DNA from: an uncultured bacterium
GTDB taxonomy: Bacteria; Auribacterota; Erginobacteria; Erginobacterales; Erginobacteraceae
Reading direction: 5' to 3'
Assembly (NCBI GenBank): GCA_963822585.1
Contig: CAWGIE010000031.1
Coordinates: 310,753-374,752, forward strand
Length of the DNA: 64,000 nucleotides
Part shown: positions 9,967 to 18,877 of the stretch, piece by piece
Layout of the letters: each line of letters opens with the position of its first letter
Numbering within the stretch: the stretch's first letter is position 1
Program-made: the position numbers and the translations under genes
The notes under the pieces: model-generated
What the model was told of the DNA's origin: nothing
What the model saw: the letters and a program-made list of their open reading frames with translations, nothing else
Databases searched by the model: none

Positions 9967-10809
9967 ATGAATTATGAACTGATCGATTCGGGGAACCGGC
10001 GGAAACTGGAGAAATTCGGCGACTATATCCTGGTCAGGCCGGCGCCGGTGGCGATATGGAAGCCGGTATTCCCCGAAGACGAGTGGAAAAAAGCCGACGC
10101 GGTTTTTTCCCGGAAGAACGGAGATGACGCCGGGAGTGCAAAACGACTGCCCGAGTCATGGCCTACCGAGATAGAGGGCCTCACTTTCAAGACATCCCTG
10201 ACCGATTTCGGCCACCTGGGCGTCTTTCCCGAACACCGCCTGCTCTGGAAGCGTCTGAGGGAGATCGTCAGTAAAAGCCGGCGAAACGACCTCGCTATCC
10301 TCAACCTCTTCGCCTACACCGGGGGCGCCACCCTTTCCCTGGCTTCCGAAAATACCCGGATCTGTCATCTCGACGCATCCCCCCCCGCCGTCTCCTGGGC
10401 GAAGGAGAACGCCGCCTTGAACCGGATGGAAAACTACCCCATCAGGTGGATCGTCGACGACGCCAGAAAGTTTGTCGGGAGGGAGATCAAGCGGGGGGTC
10501 CGGTATGACGCCGTCATCCTGGATCCCCCTTCCTTCGGGAGGGGGAACAAGGGCCAGGTCTTCAAGATCGAGGACGATCTCTATCCTCTCCTCCAGTCGT
10601 GTTCCCGCCTCCTCTCCGACAATCCATTATTCGTCTGCCTCTCCTCTCACACCGCGGGCTTTACCGGACCGGTTCTGGGGAATATCCTGAACCAGATTTT
10701 TTCCGCCTCCCGGGGGGGGAAAGTGGAATCCGGGGACATGCTGATATATTCCAAGAGATCGTTCCCGCTCTCTCTGGGGACTTACGCCGTTTGGGACGCC
10801 GCGCGATGA
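9967..10809 (+). CDS. Class I SAM-dependent methyltransferase, RlmI/RlmK-like
   Basis: ILNLFAYTGG SAM motif and ILDPPSFG; N-terminal YELIDSG..KLEKFG. Confidence 0.85.
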   Translation: MNYELIDSGNRRKLEKFGDYILVRPAPVAIWKPVFPEDEWKKADAVFSRKNGDDAGSAKRLPESWPTEIEGLTFKTSLTDFGHLGVFPEHRLLWKRLREIVSKSRRNDLAILNLFAYTGGATLSLASENTRICHLDASPPAVSWAKENAALNRMENYPIRWIVDDARKFVGREIKRGVRYDAVILDPPSFGRGNKGQVFKIEDDLYPLLQSCSRLLSDNPLFVCLSSHTAGFTGPVLGNILNQIFSASRGGKVESGDMLIYSKRSFPLSLGTYAVWDAAR

Positions 10810-11657
10810 GGATAGAAAGCCTGCACAATCAAAAGATCAAGGATGCCTTAAAGCTCTTCAAAAAAAACGTCCGCGACGAGACCGGTCTTTTCATCATCGA
10901 GGGGTACCGGGAACTGCTGCGGGCCTATGAAAACGACGTTGCCATCAAGACCCTCTTTTACTCCCGGGACCACTTTTTGAAGGACAACGAAGACGCTCTG
11001 ATCGAGGGCATCCGTTCCCGGGGCGCCCAGGTTCTGGACTGCAAAAAAGAGGTCTTCGAAAAGCTTTCCTACCGGGACCGGCCGGACGGTCTCTTCGCGG
11101 TGGCCCGGCAGCGGCATCCTTCCCGGGAGCAATTAGACGGGATCGCACAAACGGTGAAAGACCCCTTCCTGGTCGTGGTCGAACGGATCGAGAAGCCGGG
11201 CAACCTGGGAACCATCCTGCGCACCGCCGACGGCGTCGGCGCCGACGCCGTCATCGTCTGCGACCCGGTGGTGGACGTCTACAATCCGAACGTTGTCCGG
11301 GCATCGGTGGGAACGCTCTTCTCGATCACCGTCTTTACCCTGGCCGGGGATGAGTGCCTCTCTTTTCTGAAAGAAAACGGCATCAGGATCGTCGCCACCA
11401 GCCCGGAAGGAGAGAAGAATTATTTCGAGGCGGATCTGACCGGTCCGATCGCCGTCGTCTTCGGCGCGGAACAATACGGACTTTCCCCGGGCTTGTTGAA
11501 GAACGCCGATCTCAGTGTCCGGATACCGATGTCGGGGACGGCGGACTCCTTGAACGTATCCGCTTCGGCCGCGGTCATGCTCTACGAGGTTTACCGGCAG
11601 AGACATCATACACCCGGTTGCTCCACTCAGTCGGTTGAAATACTACCCCGGCCATAA
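10806..11657 (+). CDS. TrmH/SpoU-family RNA methyltransferase
   Basis: True start ATG 10806 (ATGA overlap); IEKPGNLGTILRTADG, FGAEQYGL and IPMSG.ADSLNVS SPOUT motifs. Confidence 0.9.
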   Translation: MRIESLHNQKIKDALKLFKKNVRDETGLFIIEGYRELLRAYENDVAIKTLFYSRDHFLKDNEDALIEGIRSRGAQVLDCKKEVFEKLSYRDRPDGLFAVARQRHPSREQLDGIAQTVKDPFLVVVERIEKPGNLGTILRTADGVGADAVIVCDPVVDVYNPNVVRASVGTLFSITVFTLAGDECLSFLKENGIRIVATSPEGEKNYFEADLTGPIAVVFGAEQYGLSPGLLKNADLSVRIPMSGTADSLNVSASAAVMLYEVYRQRHHTPGCSTQSVEILPRP

Positions 11658-11687
11658 TTTATTTCGCATTGATGTATCATTATTAAA

Positions 11688-11742
11688 ATGGCGAAATCCG
11701 AATGACGAATGACGAAAGAATGACTGAATCCGAATGACGAAT
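11688..11742. repeat. Tandem heptamer arm (GAATGAC-like)
   Basis: atggcgaaatccgaatgacgaatgacgaaagaatgactgaatccgaatgacgaat; the same unit recurs at 48823-48980. Confidence 0.75.
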
Positions 11743-11882
11743 GCCACATCTTCCCGATCTCCACTGCCGTTACCAGTTCGTAAACTGAATCAGACAATAC
11801 ACATTTGAATTCCGGTTAGATTAATAATGTTAATTCTCTTCTCGCAGTGCGAACCGAAATTTAAAATGAGCGAGGAATCCCC

Positions 11883-12584
11883 ATGCTTGGCACGGCCAGG
11901 ATATTAGTTTATCATGCCATCCAGACGGACGGGGATTTTCCCTCCTCCGCCCGGACCAACGTCCCCCCGGATCTTTTCGAACGGCAGCTCGATCATCTGC
12001 GGAAGCGTTATGCGATAGTCCCCCTGGACGAAGCCGTTGACGGGAAAAGAGGGCCCGGGAAAAATCCGCTCGCCCTCACCTTTGATGACGGATATCGCGA
12101 TACCTATGCCGCAGCCTATCGGATTTTATGCGAGCGGGGGTGCCCCTTCACTCTCTTTCTCACGGTTTCCCGGATCGGGAAAGACTGGCCCTTCCCCCGG
12201 GGGCCGTACCCCGGCCTGAACTGGAAGCAGGTGAACGAGATGGCCGCGAATCCCCTGATCGGCATCGGCTCCCATGGCCTGCGGCACACCGTCTTGACCC
12301 GGCTGCCCCCGGAAGAGGCCAAGGCCGAGATCGGAGTTTCCCGGATGATCCTGGAGGAGAAAATTCCTCTGCCCTGCCGGTTCTTCTCCTATCCCCACGG
12401 CAGTTTCAACGCTCAGGTCAAGGAATACGTTCGCCGGGCCGGCTACCGGGCGGCCTTTTCGGTCATCTCCCCCAACGAGGACGATTTTTCGCTGCGGAGG
12501 GTCCTGATCTCCCGGAAGGACACCATGCTCCGATTCATGATCAAGCTCTCCCCCCTTTACTGGCCGCTGCGAAAACTCATTTAA
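11883..12584 (+). CDS. Polysaccharide deacetylase (CE4/NodB family)
   Basis: ILVYH, LTFDDGY, GSHG..H and FSYPHG motifs. Confidence 0.9.
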   Translation: MLGTARILVYHAIQTDGDFPSSARTNVPPDLFERQLDHLRKRYAIVPLDEAVDGKRGPGKNPLALTFDDGYRDTYAAAYRILCERGCPFTLFLTVSRIGKDWPFPRGPYPGLNWKQVNEMAANPLIGIGSHGLRHTVLTRLPPEEAKAEIGVSRMILEEKIPLPCRFFSYPHGSFNAQVKEYVRRAGYRAAFSVISPNEDDFSLRRVLISRKDTMLRFMIKLSPLYWPLRKLI

Positions 12585-12770
12585 CCGCTAACCAGATATA
12601 TTTATAAATCGGGTTATTTTTGAACAAGGACAAGGATATTTTTTATAGCAGTGTGATAGGGCATTGACCGTATTATGCTACCGGCCAATAACTTGTCGGG
12701 GAAAATTTAATTTTCGATTCTCATGATTAATCCGGACTAAGATAGACAAGGCGTAAAGGCAGATCGGCCG

Positions 12771-13973
12771 GTGAAATATAAAATGGAATATTTCTTAGAC
12801 AGTTCTTTGAAGAAGCTTATGGCCAGAGCCGTTGATGGAGCCGGTTATGCCGTGTTTAGGGACCAGAAGAACATTCCTATTGATACGAATACCGTCAGGA
12901 AAATTCTTCTGATCCGGCTGGATCACATCGGAGATGTCCTGATGACCACCCCGGCGCTCCGCGCTCTCCGGAAGGCCATCCCCGGGGCAAAAATACATCT
13001 GTTGGTCAAGGACCTGACGGCGCCTATGGTGGAACTCACCCCTTATATCGACCGGATCATCCGCTTGAACGCTCCCTGGACCACAACCGGGCCGGAGAAA
13101 GCATCCTGGGGCGAGGTGGCGCGGACTGTCCGGTCACTGCGAAGGGAGAAATACGACTGCGTCGTCGACTTCCGGCCCGACCTCCGAGAGGCGCTTCTGG
13201 CTTACGTCACCGGTTCCCGGATTCGGATCGGTTATGGGGCGCGGGGCGGCGGCTTCTGTTTCACCCATTCCCTCCCCTATAGCCCGCACGCACATGAAAT
13301 CTCCAGAGCGCTCAACCTTCTTTCGCCGCTGGGGATCTCCGCCGACGGGAATGAAATGGATCTCTTTCTCTCCCCTGAAGACAAAGAAAAGGCTGATCGC
13401 CTCTATCCTCCGGGAGGCGGGGAGAGTCAGACGATAACCGTCGGAATACACCCGGGGGCCGCCTCTCCCTTCAAGCGCTGGACGGAGAAAAGTTTCAGCC
13501 TTCTGGGCGATTTGCTGGCCGACCGGGGGTATCGGGTGATCCTGCTCAGCGCCGAAGAGGACCGCCCCCTTCTCGCCGGCATCGAAACCCGGGTGAAACG
13601 AAAACCCGTCGTGATCTTGCCCGGCGGATTACGGGTTCTGGCCGCTCTGATCAACCGCCTCGACTGCCTGGTCTGCAATGACTCGGCCCCTTCTCATATC
13701 GCCCAGGCGGTGGGGACGCCGGCGGTCGTTCTCTACGGTCCCACTCACGACGCGGTGACCGGACCGCTGGACAGGGAGAGAAATCGAGTGGTGAGAAACC
13801 CGGTTTCCTGCGCCCCCTGCTGGCTACCGGGGTCGAGGTTCAGCTGTACCTATGACCTGCGGTGTTGGGAGGGGCTGGGGGCGGAGGAAGTGGTGAAAGA
13901 GGTGGAGTCATTATTAAAGTTACGGAAGGTTACGATAAAAGGTTACGAGAAGTTACGAAACGTTACAAAATAG
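12771..13973 (+). CDS. Glycosyltransferase family 9 (heptosyltransferase-like)
   Basis: KILLIRLDHIGDVLMTTP, GIHPGA...KRW, NDSAPSHIAQAVGTP and C-terminal CAPC...C motifs. Confidence 0.9.
   Translation: MKYKMEYFLDSSLKKLMARAVDGAGYAVFRDQKNIPIDTNTVRKILLIRLDHIGDVLMTTPALRALRKAIPGAKIHLLVKDLTAPMVELTPYIDRIIRLNAPWTTTGPEKASWGEVARTVRSLRREKYDCVVDFRPDLREALLAYVTGSRIRIGYGARGGGFCFTHSLPYSPHAHEISRALNLLSPLGISADGNEMDLFLSPEDKEKADRLYPPGGGESQTITVGIHPGAASPFKRWTEKSFSLLGDLLADRGYRVILLSAEEDRPLLAGIETRVKRKPVVILPGGLRVLAALINRLDCLVCNDSAPSHIAQAVGTPAVVLYGPTHDAVTGPLDRERNRVVRNPVSCAPCWLPGSRFSCTYDLRCWEGLGAEEVVKEVESLLKLRKVTIKGYEKLRNVTK
13916..13967 (+). repeat. Left arm of 52-bp inverted repeat (GTTACG tandem units) flanking the four-helix-bundle gene
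   Basis: aaagttacggaaggttacgataaaaggttacgagaagttacgaaacgttaca; 45/52 identical by manual count to the reverse complement of 14448-14499. Confidence 0.9.
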
Positions 13974-13988
13974 TTGCCGGAGCGAACT

Positions 13989-14426
13989 ATGACGCAAGAG
14001 AGAATATTTAAACGGATAGCGGCATATGAGAAGCTGAAATTTTATCAAATTATCTGCGAGATCCGTGTTTTAATATACCGGCTTACCGAACGTTTCCCGA
14101 AATCATGTTTTAAGCTGGTAGCACAAATGAGAGACGCCGCACGATCATCAAAGCAGAACATACGAGAATTTTATCGACGCGGCACGGTCGGAGAATTTAT
14201 ACGGGGAATAAAAATAAGCCAAGGTTCTCTGGAAGAATTAGGTGGCGATGTCGAGGATTGCTACAAGGATAAATTAATCACTAAAGCCGAATTTGATCAC
14301 CTGGCGTCAAAATTCCAAAGCGCGGATTACCTGATGGCCAGATATCTTGACTCCCTCTATAAAATGGAACGCGAGGGAACCTGGAAAACTCCGGGGAACC
14401 GTTCTAAAAAGAAAGGTCGCAAATAA
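13989..14426 (+). CDS. Four helix bundle protein (23S rRNA IVP / Avd-like family)
   Basis: YEKLKFYQ...FPK...LVAQMRDAARSSKQNIRE...EFIRGIKISQGSLEEL pattern; ATG 13989 preceded by GGAG. Confidence 0.85.
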   Translation: MTQERIFKRIAAYEKLKFYQIICEIRVLIYRLTERFPKSCFKLVAQMRDAARSSKQNIREFYRRGTVGEFIRGIKISQGSLEELGGDVEDCYKDKLITKAEFDHLASKFQSADYLMARYLDSLYKMEREGTWKTPGNRSKKKGRK

Positions 14427-14447
14427 TGCATACGTTCTGGCTCATCA

Positions 14448-14499
14448 TGTAACCCTCCGTAACCTCCCGTAACCTTTAATCGTAACCTCCCGTAACTTT
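14448..14499 (-). repeat. Right arm of 52-bp inverted repeat (CGTAAC tandem units)
   Basis: tgtaaccctccgtaacctcccgtaacctttaatcgtaacctcccgtaacttt. Confidence 0.9.
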
Positions 14500-14504
14500 T
14501 TATA

Positions 14505-15683
14505 ATGAAAATCTTACAAGCCGCCTACAAATCCACCATCTCCGGCGGGGAGAAAGTCCTTTTCGACCTGGCCACGTCCCTGAAGGAGCGGGGTCACGTG
14601 GTGTCCGTCGTCTGCCCCGATCCCGGCCAGTTGCCCGATGAACTGGCAAAATACGGGATCCGGACCCGGATCATCCCCTACCATAAGACATACGATCTTC
14701 ACGCCGCTCATCGTCTGGCACGGTTCATCCGGAGTGAAAAAATCGAGGTCCTCCACTCCCACAGCATGCTGACCAACATCATCGCTCGGATCGCCGGGCA
14801 CCGCGCCCGGGTGCCGGTCTCGGTCTCGACCGAGCACCTGACGATGGAGCTGGCCCGGGGCGGCCGGGGAAAGGGACTCCGGGAGAGAATGATGGCGGCC
14901 TATTACCGTCTCCTCGATAACTATACCAGCCGTTTTAATCAACGGGTTATCGCCGTTTCCCGGGCTGTCCGGGACGACCTGATCGAACAGGGGATCCCCG
15001 CCCGCCGGATAGCGGTCATTCAAAATGGGATCAAAATCCCGGATATCGGCCCCGGGGCGGGTGACAGGATCAGAAGAGAGCTGGGCATCAAACCGGGAGA
15101 GACTATCATCGGAGCGGTCGGACGGCTCTCCCCCCAGAAAGATTATTCCACTCTGCTTCGCGCCTTCCAGGAAGTGATCAAAAGCTGCCCCGGGATCGAT
15201 CTTCTGATCGCGGGAGACGGTCACTTGCGGCGGGAATTGGAGAAGCTCACCTGTGATCTGGGAATCGGGGAACAGGTGAAGTTTCTTGGACATCGCTCCG
15301 ATATCCTGGAAGTCGTCTCCTCCTTCGACATTTATGCCCTCTCCTCTCTCTGGGAAGGGCTGCCCCTGGCAGTCCTGGAAGCGATGATGCTGGCGAAGCC
15401 CGTGGTCTCCACCGCGGTTCCCGGGACGGCGGAGGCGGTGATCGAAGGCGAGACCGGTTTCCTGGTGCCTCTGAGAGATTCAGCGGTCCTGGCCGGCAGG
15501 ATCATCGAGCTGGTCAAAGACCCTGAGCGCGGCCGGACAATGGGCGAGGCGGGCAGAAAACGGGCAGTGGAAAAATTCAGCCTGGAAAGGGTGGTGGATG
15601 AACATGAAGAGTTATACAGGACCTTGCTCATCAGACGATCATCTAAATCAGGAATTTCAAAAAAGGAATATTTGGTAATGTAG
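14505..15683 (+). CDS. Glycosyltransferase family 4
   Basis: ISGGEK, AVGRLSPQKD and EGLPLAVLEAMMLAKPVV motifs. Confidence 0.9.
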   Translation: MKILQAAYKSTISGGEKVLFDLATSLKERGHVVSVVCPDPGQLPDELAKYGIRTRIIPYHKTYDLHAAHRLARFIRSEKIEVLHSHSMLTNIIARIAGHRARVPVSVSTEHLTMELARGGRGKGLRERMMAAYYRLLDNYTSRFNQRVIAVSRAVRDDLIEQGIPARRIAVIQNGIKIPDIGPGAGDRIRRELGIKPGETIIGAVGRLSPQKDYSTLLRAFQEVIKSCPGIDLLIAGDGHLRRELEKLTCDLGIGEQVKFLGHRSDILEVVSSFDIYALSSLWEGLPLAVLEAMMLAKPVVSTAVPGTAEAVIEGETGFLVPLRDSAVLAGRIIELVKDPERGRTMGEAGRKRAVEKFSLERVVDEHEELYRTLLIRRSSKSGISKKEYLVM

Positions 15684-15883
15684 TATCGTCCTTCACTCCG
15701 TTCAGGACTTGTAGGATCAGAATGTCTTCGGCATTCTTTGTAGGAATTGTAGGATCGCTTCGCTTGCATTCGCAAGCCTTGCCGCAGGCAAGGCGATACT
15801 ACATTTACTACATCTCCTGCAAGTCCTGAACGGAGTGAAGGACGATCCTACATAAATTTGCGAGCGCAGCGAGCTAATTTATT
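15679..15883 (+). repeat. ~205-bp GTAG-type REPIN/MITE-like element, copy 1
   Basis: 38-bp inverted arms 15679-15716 / 15815-15852 (36/38), followed by taaatttgcgagcgcagcgagctaatttatt abutting the next ATG. Confidence 0.85.
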
Positions 15884-17047
15884 ATGGTTAACATCCTCTT
15901 TATCAATCCGGCCGGTTTTATCGGCGGCGCGGAGAAGAGTTTACTTGACCTGGTAACGCATCTTCCGCCGGACCGTTTTCAGCCCCTGGTTGTTCTCCTC
16001 TCGCCCGGACCGTTAGAGGAGGAACTGCAAGCGCGGGGAATCCCCTCTGCAGTGGTCCCGCTCCCCCCCGCTTTGCTCAGATTGAGCCGGGGTAAAAATT
16101 TCCGGTCATTTTTCATGATGGCTGCCGTTCCTTTTCTGACCCTCCCCGTCCTGAAAAGGATCTGCCGGCTGATCAGGGCCGAAAACATCACCGTGATTCA
16201 TACCAACGGGCTCAAGGCCCACCTGCTCGGCGTCGCTCTCTCCTTGATCACCGGCCGCCCTCTGGTCTGGCATTTCCGGGATCTGCTCGATGAAGGTATC
16301 TATGCCCGGCTCTTCCGCTGGTTGGCGCGTGTCTTTCCCCGGAAGATAATCGCCAACTCGAAGAAGGTAAAGGAACGTCTGGGGGACCTGGAGAAGACCA
16401 ACGTTGTCTATAACGCCATCGATCCGCCGCGGCCGGGCAAGGATGAGGACCGCCGCCAACGGAGAACTGCACTCGGCCTTTCCGAGGAGGATATAACGAT
16501 CGGCACGGTCGGGCATTTCGCTCCCCTGAAAGGGTACGAAGACTTCGTCCGGGCGATGCCCACAATCCTGCAAAAGATTCCCCGCGCCCGGTTTCTCATC
16601 GTCGGAGAGGCGATCTATCCCGCCTACCGGGACTATAAGCAGCAGATCGGCGATCTTGTTGATCGTCTCGGTCTTTCGGGAAAAGTAAACTTCACCGGCT
16701 TCCGCGATGACCTCCGGGAGGTCCTGGATATCCTGGATATCTTTGTCCTTCCCTCCCGATCCGAGGGATTCGGCAGAGCAAATCTGGAAGCGATGGCCGC
16801 GGGCAAGCCGGTTGTCTCCACCAATGTCGGGGGTATCCCCGAGGTGGTGATAAACGGCGAGGACGGGATCCTGGTTCCTCCGTGTGATCCCGGTGCCCTG
16901 GCGGCAGCTATCATCAGGCTGGCTGAAGATAAAGCCCTGGCCGGAAAAATGGGGGCGGCGGGACGGAAGAGAGCGGAGCAGTTTACCATCGAAAAAATGG
17001 TGGACGGCGTGGTGCGGGTTTATGAGGAGATTATCAACACACTCTAA
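15884..17047 (+). CDS. Glycosyltransferase family 4
   Basis: IGGAEKSL, VGHFAPLKG and EGFGRANLEAMAAGKPVV motifs. Confidence 0.9.
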   Translation: MVNILFINPAGFIGGAEKSLLDLVTHLPPDRFQPLVVLLSPGPLEEELQARGIPSAVVPLPPALLRLSRGKNFRSFFMMAAVPFLTLPVLKRICRLIRAENITVIHTNGLKAHLLGVALSLITGRPLVWHFRDLLDEGIYARLFRWLARVFPRKIIANSKKVKERLGDLEKTNVVYNAIDPPRPGKDEDRRQRRTALGLSEEDITIGTVGHFAPLKGYEDFVRAMPTILQKIPRARFLIVGEAIYPAYRDYKQQIGDLVDRLGLSGKVNFTGFRDDLREVLDILDIFVLPSRSEGFGRANLEAMAAGKPVVSTNVGGIPEVVINGEDGILVPPCDPGALAAAIIRLAEDKALAGKMGAAGRKRAEQFTIEKMVDGVVRVYEEIINTL

Positions 17048-17049
17048 AA

Positions 17050-17194
17050 AGGCTGTCCGATAAACCTGTTTTTGTGGATTATTATGGTAGTCGCACCTTT
17101 TAAGGCGCGTAATCTTTTGATCGTTAATGAGTCCCATCACCATAAACGCAGGTTAAAACCTGCGACTACCAAAAACAGGTTTGTCGGACAGCCT
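17050..17194. mobile_element. MITE-like element with 25-bp terminal inverted repeats and an internal REP pair
   Basis: aggctgtccgataaacctgtttttg / caaaaacaggtttgtcggacagcct (24/25); internal ggtagtcgca...tgcgactacc inverted pair; no ORF. Confidence 0.7.
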
Positions 17195-17201
17195 CTTAAG
17201 G

Positions 17202-18662
17202 ATGCGGCTATCGGTATGGATACGGTCTGATATTGTTTTGAGAACCTACTTTAAAAAACACAAAAAATTCCTGATCGTTTTCGGGATGCTGCTCTGCCTG
17301 TTCGTCATCTCCGGCCCCCTCTTCCGGACATTTGGGCGGCGCCTGATTGAGGACATTTATTACGGCCGTACGGTACCCTTTTTGAACGGGCTGATCGAAG
17401 ACCAGAGCCGACGACCGCTGGAAGTGTATCTCGCCTACGGGGATACATTTTTCAAACAGTTCCGGGGATACTTCCTTTCCTTGCTGTTCTTGTTCGGTAT
17501 TTACTTTCTCTATACCCTGGTCCCGGCCATCAGGAACAAAATAGTTCAAAATCTGGCTGTCCTGCTTCTGGTCATTCTTACGATCTTCGGCCTGACGGAA
17601 CTTTTTCTGCGCTATCTGATGCCCGTCCAGCTCGGCGAGATCACATTTGCCCACTATCAGCCGTCGGCCAATCCCCGTATCGTCATCGAGCCGCGTCCTT
17701 CCAGCGGCGGCTTCAATTCCTCCGGTTTCCGCGATCGCGAGTATCCGAAGAAAAAACCGCAAGGGGTTTACCGGATTATCGTGATCGGGGACTCGCTGGC
17801 CTACGGCCTACGCGTCGATCCGGGGGAAACTTACGCGAAAAAACTCGAGAAAAAATTGAATGTCCCCTCCGGAAACGGGAAAAAGTATGAAGTGATCAAT
17901 ATGGGAGTCCCCGGTTACCGGACAACCCAGATTATCGCCCGACTGGAGGAAAAAGGCCTGGCCTACGATCCCGATCTGATCATTTACGGCTACTGGCTGG
18001 ATGACATCAGCTTCAGCGGACTGGTTCCTTTCTATTTCAGCCGGACCAACCTTGACATGAGCGAGAAGGTACACCGTCTGATGGCCGGAAACCCGGTGGA
18101 GAGGAAGATAAAAAAGCTTCTCCTGGATTCGCAGATCGTCCGTCGCTGCATCCTCCTGGCCAGAGAATTTCAGAGGCGACGGGCGGGTGAGAAAATCACG
18201 AGCGCCATCTTCCCGGTCGGGGAAAAAATCAAAGAATTGGATCCGGCTGTCCGCGATCTCTACCAAGAATACCGGGAAAAACTCGCACGGGGAACATACG
18301 CCGATGCGGCAGGGGGGGAACCGTATTTCGCCCGCTACGCCGATGTCGATGACTTCGTGTTATGGAACAGCGGGATGAAAGAATTCGCCCGGATAAGCCG
18401 GGAGCGGGGCATCCGCTGCCTGCTCCTGATGACGCCGGTTATCTATGATTATCGAGACGGGGATTATCGCTGGGAAGGGCTCCACCTTTTCATCCGGTCC
18501 GTCGCCAAAGAGTATTCGATCCCCGTCCTCGATCTCACGGACGCGTTCCACCAGCAGGAGGCGTATCGGCTCCGGGCCGGCGATCTCGAACATCCCAGCC
18601 CGCTGGGGCACAAGATAATAGCGGACAAGCTGTATGAATGGATCATGAACAATCCGGAGTGA
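17202..18662 (+). CDS. Membrane-anchored SGNH/GDSL hydrolase-family protein
   Basis: RIIVIGDSLAYG, VINMGVPGY and DLEHPSPLGH blocks; N-terminal TMs. The ORF-track start (17181) lies inside the MITE, so ATG 17202 is used; start uncertain. Confidence 0.8.
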   Translation: MRLSVWIRSDIVLRTYFKKHKKFLIVFGMLLCLFVISGPLFRTFGRRLIEDIYYGRTVPFLNGLIEDQSRRPLEVYLAYGDTFFKQFRGYFLSLLFLFGIYFLYTLVPAIRNKIVQNLAVLLLVILTIFGLTELFLRYLMPVQLGEITFAHYQPSANPRIVIEPRPSSGGFNSSGFRDREYPKKKPQGVYRIIVIGDSLAYGLRVDPGETYAKKLEKKLNVPSGNGKKYEVINMGVPGYRTTQIIARLEEKGLAYDPDLIIYGYWLDDISFSGLVPFYFSRTNLDMSEKVHRLMAGNPVERKIKKLLLDSQIVRRCILLAREFQRRRAGEKITSAIFPVGEKIKELDPAVRDLYQEYREKLARGTYADAAGGEPYFARYADVDDFVLWNSGMKEFARISRERGIRCLLLMTPVIYDYRDGDYRWEGLHLFIRSVAKEYSIPVLDLTDAFHQQEAYRLRAGDLEHPSPLGHKIIADKLYEWIMNNPE

Positions 18663-18677
18663 ATGCTTCGGAATTTT

Positions 18678-18838
18678 CAGCCAGAGGCTGATGCGCCTCT
18701 GGCGCACAATAATCTTATTTTTCCGGAGAAAAAATAAGAACGTGCAAGCATTGATCCACTATTGAAGAGATATTTTAAAGTGAATTCGTGTAATCCTTCG
18801 GCTACGCTCAGGACAAGTTTCGCGTAATTCGTAGTTTT
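18678..18838. repeat. Short REP-like hairpins and a tandem AATTCG-type arm
   Basis: cagccagaggctgatgcgcctctggcgca (similar copy at 47709-47737); ccttcggctacgctcagga inserted among aattcgtgtaat/ttcgcgtaattcgt units. Confidence 0.6.
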
Positions 18839-18877
18839 ATTTAAATTGCCCGCGCGCGGCGCGGGCCATGTTCTATT

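Noticed and set aside
13989..14426. Diversity-generating retroelement (Avd-like gene) or 23S rRNA intervening sequence
   Set aside because: No reverse transcriptase, no TR/VR pair differing only at adenines, and no rRNA sequence around the gene in this window.
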